From: Cyanophora paradoxa CCMP329
Taxonomy: Eukaryota; Plantae; Glaucophyta
DNA: 64,000 bases
Reading direction: 5' to 3'
Assembly: GCA_004431415.1 (NCBI GenBank)
Contig: QPMI01000057.1
Coordinates: forward strand, 1 to 64,000
The position numbers and the translations under genes were made by a program. Each line of letters begins with the position of its first letter. The stretch's first letter is position 1. This document shows positions 59,072 through 64,000 of the stretch, piece by piece. The notes beneath the pieces were generated by a model. It saw only the letters and a program-made list of their open reading frames with translations. It was not told the origin of the DNA and did not search any database.

Positions 59072-61399
59072 ATGTCGCTGGCCGCGTATTGTGCCACGAG
59101 CACGCTGCTGACTGCCACCGTCGTGCTCAATGCGTGGTACACGAAGCAGCAGTTCTATCCTACGGTTCTCTATCTAGCGACCAGCAAGCTCTGCGTCTGC
59201 GTGCGCACTCGAACGCGCGATGTCCCCCTCCTGCAAGAGTTGAGGCTCGCGGCGCAGATCCTTGGAAATATGGCACTGGTAGTCACATTGATATTCGGGC
59301 AGTTCGTCAGGAAGCTCTTCTTCGGCCCACTCAGAGACGTCGAGGTCGAGGTTTGCCCAGCGGCGCTCGCCTCTCGGAACCTGCTCAGCGCACGCATTTG
59401 CGCAGCACCTGTTGGAGCGCTCACGGGATGCGATAATGGAGACCTGTCTGGCAATGACTATCTTCCGCCAGGACTTCGATATGAAACTAATCAGCCTCTT
59501 TACGGCCCTTCTTTTCATGAAGGTCTTCCACTGGCTCGCGCAGGATCGCGTCGATTTTGTGAGCAAGCGCCCAACTCCCTTTCCTTTTCTTGACTGAGCC
59601 TCGTTTATAGATCGAACAAAGCCCGGCGATCCCTGTTTCCACACACGTCCGCATTCTGACGCTGCTGGCCATTCTCCTCTTCGTGGACGCGATGTTCCTG
59701 TGGACCGCAGTCGCGCACACTGTAGAGCAGGGACCGTCAGTTCTGATTTTGTTTGGCTTTGAGGTGCGCCTGACGCGGAGGCAGCGGCATTCGCCGCCAA
59801 AGCACATCTGATTGAACCGAGGCCGCAGTACACAGTCCTTGCGTCGACCGTGGTCTCCACGTACATAAAGTACGCGTTGCACGCGATTGATCTCCGCATG
59901 GAGGGGCGTTGGGAGAGCCGCGGTGCGCGTTGCTGGCAGCTCCCGAGTGCGGATGTTTCAACTCAGTCGGACGCAGGGGTCTACTTGTTCTATCTGGACC
60001 TTACGACGGACTTATTCCAGCTTCTTGTGAGGCTTGTCGCGGCGCGATGTGGGATTTGTCTGACATGTCGGCAGGTGTACTTTTTCTTCTTCATGATCAT
60101 TTTCTCATATTACGGGCTGCCACTGCACATCATTCGGGACCTCTACCTGACCTTCCGTAACTTCCGAAAGCGCATCGCCGACTACTTCCGGTACCGGCGC
60201 GTCACCGCCAACATGAACGAGCGGTACGCAGGGTCATTTTTGCGACGCGCGTCCTCAAAACCCAGACAGTTTTCCGGATGCGACGCCGGAGGAGTTATCG
60301 AGAGGTGACCGGACTTGCATCATCTGCCGCGAAGAGATGACCGCAGCAAAGCGTCTTCCTTGCTCTCACTTGTTCCACCTCCACTGCCTCCGTTCCTGGC
60401 TTGAGCGCCAACAGAGCTGTCCCACCTGCCGCACGCCCCTCGAGCCGCCCGCCCCCACCCCTGTCCCAGAAGCCCGCCGAGTCCCAGCAGCCCCCGCTGC
60501 CCCTGCTGCCGCCGCCCCAGCCGCCCCCCCCGTCGCCATTCCGGCCATCCCTGCTGGCGCTGCCCATACAGTCCACGTGCCACACACCGGTACTCGCCCC
60601 GCCTCGCTCTCCAGGTCAACTGCGAATCTACCTCACTCCTTGCCCTGCAGCGCCCCCAGCGGAGGGCCACGGTGCAGTAGCCGCTGCGGCTGCTCCTGGG
60701 GCGACCGCATTTGCGGCCGCTCCGCTGACCTCAGTGCCGCAAGGGGCGGTACTAGGTGCTGGTGGCACCCTTGGGCCGATGGCCATGCCGAATTTCTTGG
60801 GCGGCATGCCGTTGGGGCCTTTGGGCCTGCCTATCGTTCAGCCGTTCGGTCCCTTCCCTGGCGGCATGTGGCCACCTCTCCCGCAGGTTTTCAACCCCAT
60901 CCTCGGCACCGTCCCAGGCGGCCCACTTCCTTTCTTTCCAATGGGCGCCTTCGCCCCATTGTCTCCGTTTGGGGTCCCCCTTGCAGGGCTGCACACGCAG
61001 CAGCCGCACACTGCGCCAGGGCTGGCCTCTCCAACCGCTTTGCAAGAGGCGGCTGCAGAGCGTTCGGTCCCGCTGGATGCGCAGGACGGGGCAGAGAGCG
61101 GCTCGCAGCGGGGCAATGTCGCGCCAGCGGTCCTGGGCGCGAGCTACTTCGCACAGCTGCAGGCACAGATTGAGTGCCTCCAGCACCAGCTCTTCACACT
61201 CACCGGCACCCTCCCTGATGCCCCTCGCACCCCTGCCGCTTCTCGACCCTCCTCCTCTGGTGTCTCCTCTCTTGCCCCTACCTCGGCCGACCCCCCTGCC
61301 TCTCTTGATTCCGTGCAACGGCTCCCCGATGGCGCCTCCGCCCCCAGCGAGCTTCGCCAAAGGCGGCCCGATCACAATGCGCACCAGGACGACTCGTGA
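59072..61399 (+). CDS. HRD1: ERAD E3 ubiquitin ligase HRD1/synoviolin, multi-exon
   Basis: QFYPTV.YL, FFGPLR..EVE, ETCLAMTIFR, KVFHWLAQDRVD, YGLPLHIIRDLY; RING-H2 CIICREEM..AKRLPCSHLFHLHCLRSWLERQQSCPTCR. Confidence 0.96.
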
Positions 61400-62261
61400 A
61401 CCCAAGCACGCCTCCGGTGATTCCGTCTATTTTTTTTGGTCTCGCTCTCCAACAGCTTCCGGTCAAACCCCCCCCCCCCCCCCCCCCCTCCCCCCTCCCT
61501 CCTCCCATCTGCCTCCCTCCCCGAGTCCATCTCTACTCCTCCCAACCTTGCTCCCGTGGGCCGCCCCGTTGTTCGCGTGATCACATGAACATAGCTAGAC
61601 CTAGCTTTTAGCTAGCGAGATGCGTGCTGGAACCAGGCCACACATACGTCTGGGCCTCCGAGGGCTCAGGGCCGGGGGAAATAAGAGTGCCGGCCCGCCT
61701 AGGCCTGATCATGACTCATTGAGCTACGTATACGGCTTGGGCGTGTCTTATGCATACTCTTCTTCTTCTATGTATACGGTACAATAACTACGCCATGGCC
61801 AGTGGGCCTCGGCCCTCTCATGATCAGCGGGGAAGCCCTGCATGCCAGATGCTGCATGCGCATGCACAGGTAGATCTTCGAAGCCCTGCATGCCAGATGC
61901 GCATGCGCGTGGCTGGGCGAGAGGCCAGTCCCAGGCGTTCCAGCCAGGAATAAGGTCCGGCGAGGGGAGAAAGTCGATTTTGATTTGGGGGACATCTCAA
62001 GGGAACTGGCATTTCGATTTCGATTTGGGAGCTAGAGGCCGTTGTTTCCCCATGGTAATATAAACGGAGCAAGAGGCCGTGGGGCTTTGAGGGGAGAGAG
62101 TCTTGATTTTGAATTGGAGGCTAGAGGGAGCTGGTATTTCGAATTCGAATTCAAAGCTCTCAGTTGTCAGCACGGTGGATAATCAATGATCTATCGAGAA
62201 TCTACTGTGGCACTCCAGACCCCAGGGGGCTCTAAATCATTGAATAGCAGTGACATGGGGA

Positions 62262-62361
62262 GTTTGGAGAAGAAGGGGCGCGAAAGGCCTGCAGGGCCGC
62301 TGAGTCAGGGCAGAGCCCGCTGCTCAGATCACCAAACGAAGCGGAGCGTGCAGGCGCCAGA

Positions 62362-62395
<34 letters not shown>

Positions 62396-62447
62396 GGCGC
62401 GAGGCGCGAGCTCAGTGTTGATCTGTTCTCGATTCAACGCGAGATGC
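62262..62447 (+). pseudogene. Diverged copy of a centriolin-like gene exon, interrupted by poly-G
   Basis: Aligns with 29906-30070 (TGAGTCAGGGCAGAGCCCGCTGC; GAGCTCAGTGT.GATCTGT...GATTCA.CGCGAGATG). Confidence 0.8.
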
Positions 62448-62468
62448 GGACTGTGGTGGCCCCTACTG

Positions 62469-64000
62469 CTAGGCATCAGCGCTGCTGGCAGGGTCCCCCG
62501 GGCCGGAACTGCGCGGGCGCTTCTTGGGGGTGCCTGGTTCTGGTGCCTCGGCAAGCCGTTTCTGCCCACTGCCGATACTGATCTTGATTTTCGGGGCGCC
62601 AGAGGTGGCCGGAGTGCCAGAAGCGATGACGGTCGCAGGGGCGCTTGGGGCAGCAGCCTCGGATGCCTTCGGGAGGTTGGAGCCGACCTTGAAGGTTGCT
62701 GGAAGAGGCAGAGAGCCACCCTGGCCAGACCCGGCGAGGGGGACGACCATGCGCCCCTCGAGATCGATGCGGAAGTGGCACTGGAAATAGTCGTTCGGTA
62801 CCTCCTGCCCGCTGAAGGTCTCTGTCGGGTTCTGGGGCAATGTAAATGTCATGTGCAGGCACGAGCAATCAGGCAAGACCTGCCTCGGCAGTAGGGAAGA
62901 CGACACGGGCATGCCGCACAAGGCGGTCGAGTGGCACATACTGCGACTGCGTGCATTCCACCACCTGTGGGGCGTGTCAATGGCCTTTGTAGGGTCAGCA
63001 AGCAGGCTGCCCAAGGACAGGCCTGGTGCTTGCGCAAGAAGCGTACACCAGGGAGCTTGACTGGCTCTGGTAGCTACGGGGGTGTCTGAACTGAAGCTTC
63101 AAAAAGATATGCACAGCTACACACCTCAATGCCGATTTCGCGCGGCCGATAATAGCGGTGAACCTCCAGAAGCCGGTTGCCTTCCACATCCTCAAACATG
63201 CGCACCAAACGTACCTACAGGGTGTAAGAGGGGCGGGGGGGGGGGGGGGGGGGGGGGGGGAAAGAAGAAGGAGGGGACAAGGGGGGGGGGGGGAGTGTGT
63301 GTGTGTGTGTGGAATTGAAGCGCCACGCACAGGGCATGATTTTTCCCCGAAATTGAATTTGACAGCGGCAAAGTCGCCTGCAAGAGAGCGTCTGCAGGCG
63401 ATGGGCACGGCCAACGCAGGGAAGGAGGCGCACCACAGCGGAAGACCTCCTCGTTGCGCTTCACTGCCTGATAGAAGTGCCGCTTCTGCGGTGCAGGGTT
63501 ACAACATCATCGTGCTGAGCTTGCTGGCGGGCAGGACACGCCTTGGTGCTTTCAGCCTTGCCGACCCAAGAGAACTCTGCAAGCATGTTGTTGAATCCTG
63601 CGTTTGCCACATTTCATTGGTGCATGTGCGTTTACATGTCAGAACCAGCCACAAACCAAACTGTTTCGCCTGCTCTGCAAAGGACTGTTTCCCCTTCTCC
63701 TTCTTCTCTTTTGGCTTCCCCTCCTTCTGAGCGGAGTTTTCCCCGCCACTCTTTGCCTTCTTCTTTGGCGTTGCCCCGGACTCCTGCAGGCACCGGTCAA
63801 ATGTCACTGACTCTGTGATTGCGGGGCGTGCAGACCTCGTCGTCGTCACCCCCCTCGTCCTTGCCCTTATCACGCTTCTCTTTCCAGCGTGCCCAGCCAG
63901 AGCGACTCTTCTTCTTCTCCTGCAGGGGACCTCAGGCAGGCCACGACCAATTCTGGGCAGGACACACCGCCTTCTCCCGGGCGCGGTGGGCGGCTTCGAT
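62469..64000 (-). CDS. 3' part of an unidentified host multi-exon gene
   Basis: Exon-like ORF pieces with basic NLS-like stretches (TPKKKAK, TPKKRPR) separated by short introns; stop at 62469. Confidence 0.55.

Overview
Eukaryotic nuclear DNA in two parts. (1) About 1-20,720 is the right-hand part of an intron-poor, densely packed endogenous DNA virus with a mriyavirus/yaravirus-like (Mriyaviricetes) gene set. It carries an A32-type packaging ATPase, VLTF3, two paralogous HUH rolling-circle endonucleases, three fibre/adhesin genes, a degenerate HNH gene and several unknown genes. No major capsid protein, DNA polymerase or integrase is recognisable in the window, and the element continues beyond the left edge. 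Many viral ORFs are broken by small indels, densest at the left end. Its right end has unusual non-coding structure: three (ACTTGGG)n arrays, a 16 x 12-bp 'TC'-phased array enclosed by inverted repeats, and a CGCGATC array. (2) About 20,720-64,000 is host chromosome with short-intron genes: importin-7-like, centriolin-like (with 981-bp internal repeats), argC, SPB1, glucose-6-phosphate 1-epimerase-like, ASH2L-like, PSMA1, BCAS2, HRD1 and a partial unknown gene. It also holds a 3.9-kb non-autonomous CACAGCG-ended DNA transposon and several duplicated gene fragments. Met-Phe presequences on two probable plastid proteins, plus centriolin, suggest a flagellated alga such as a glaucophyte (inference). 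All calls are by eye from motifs; no database searches were run.
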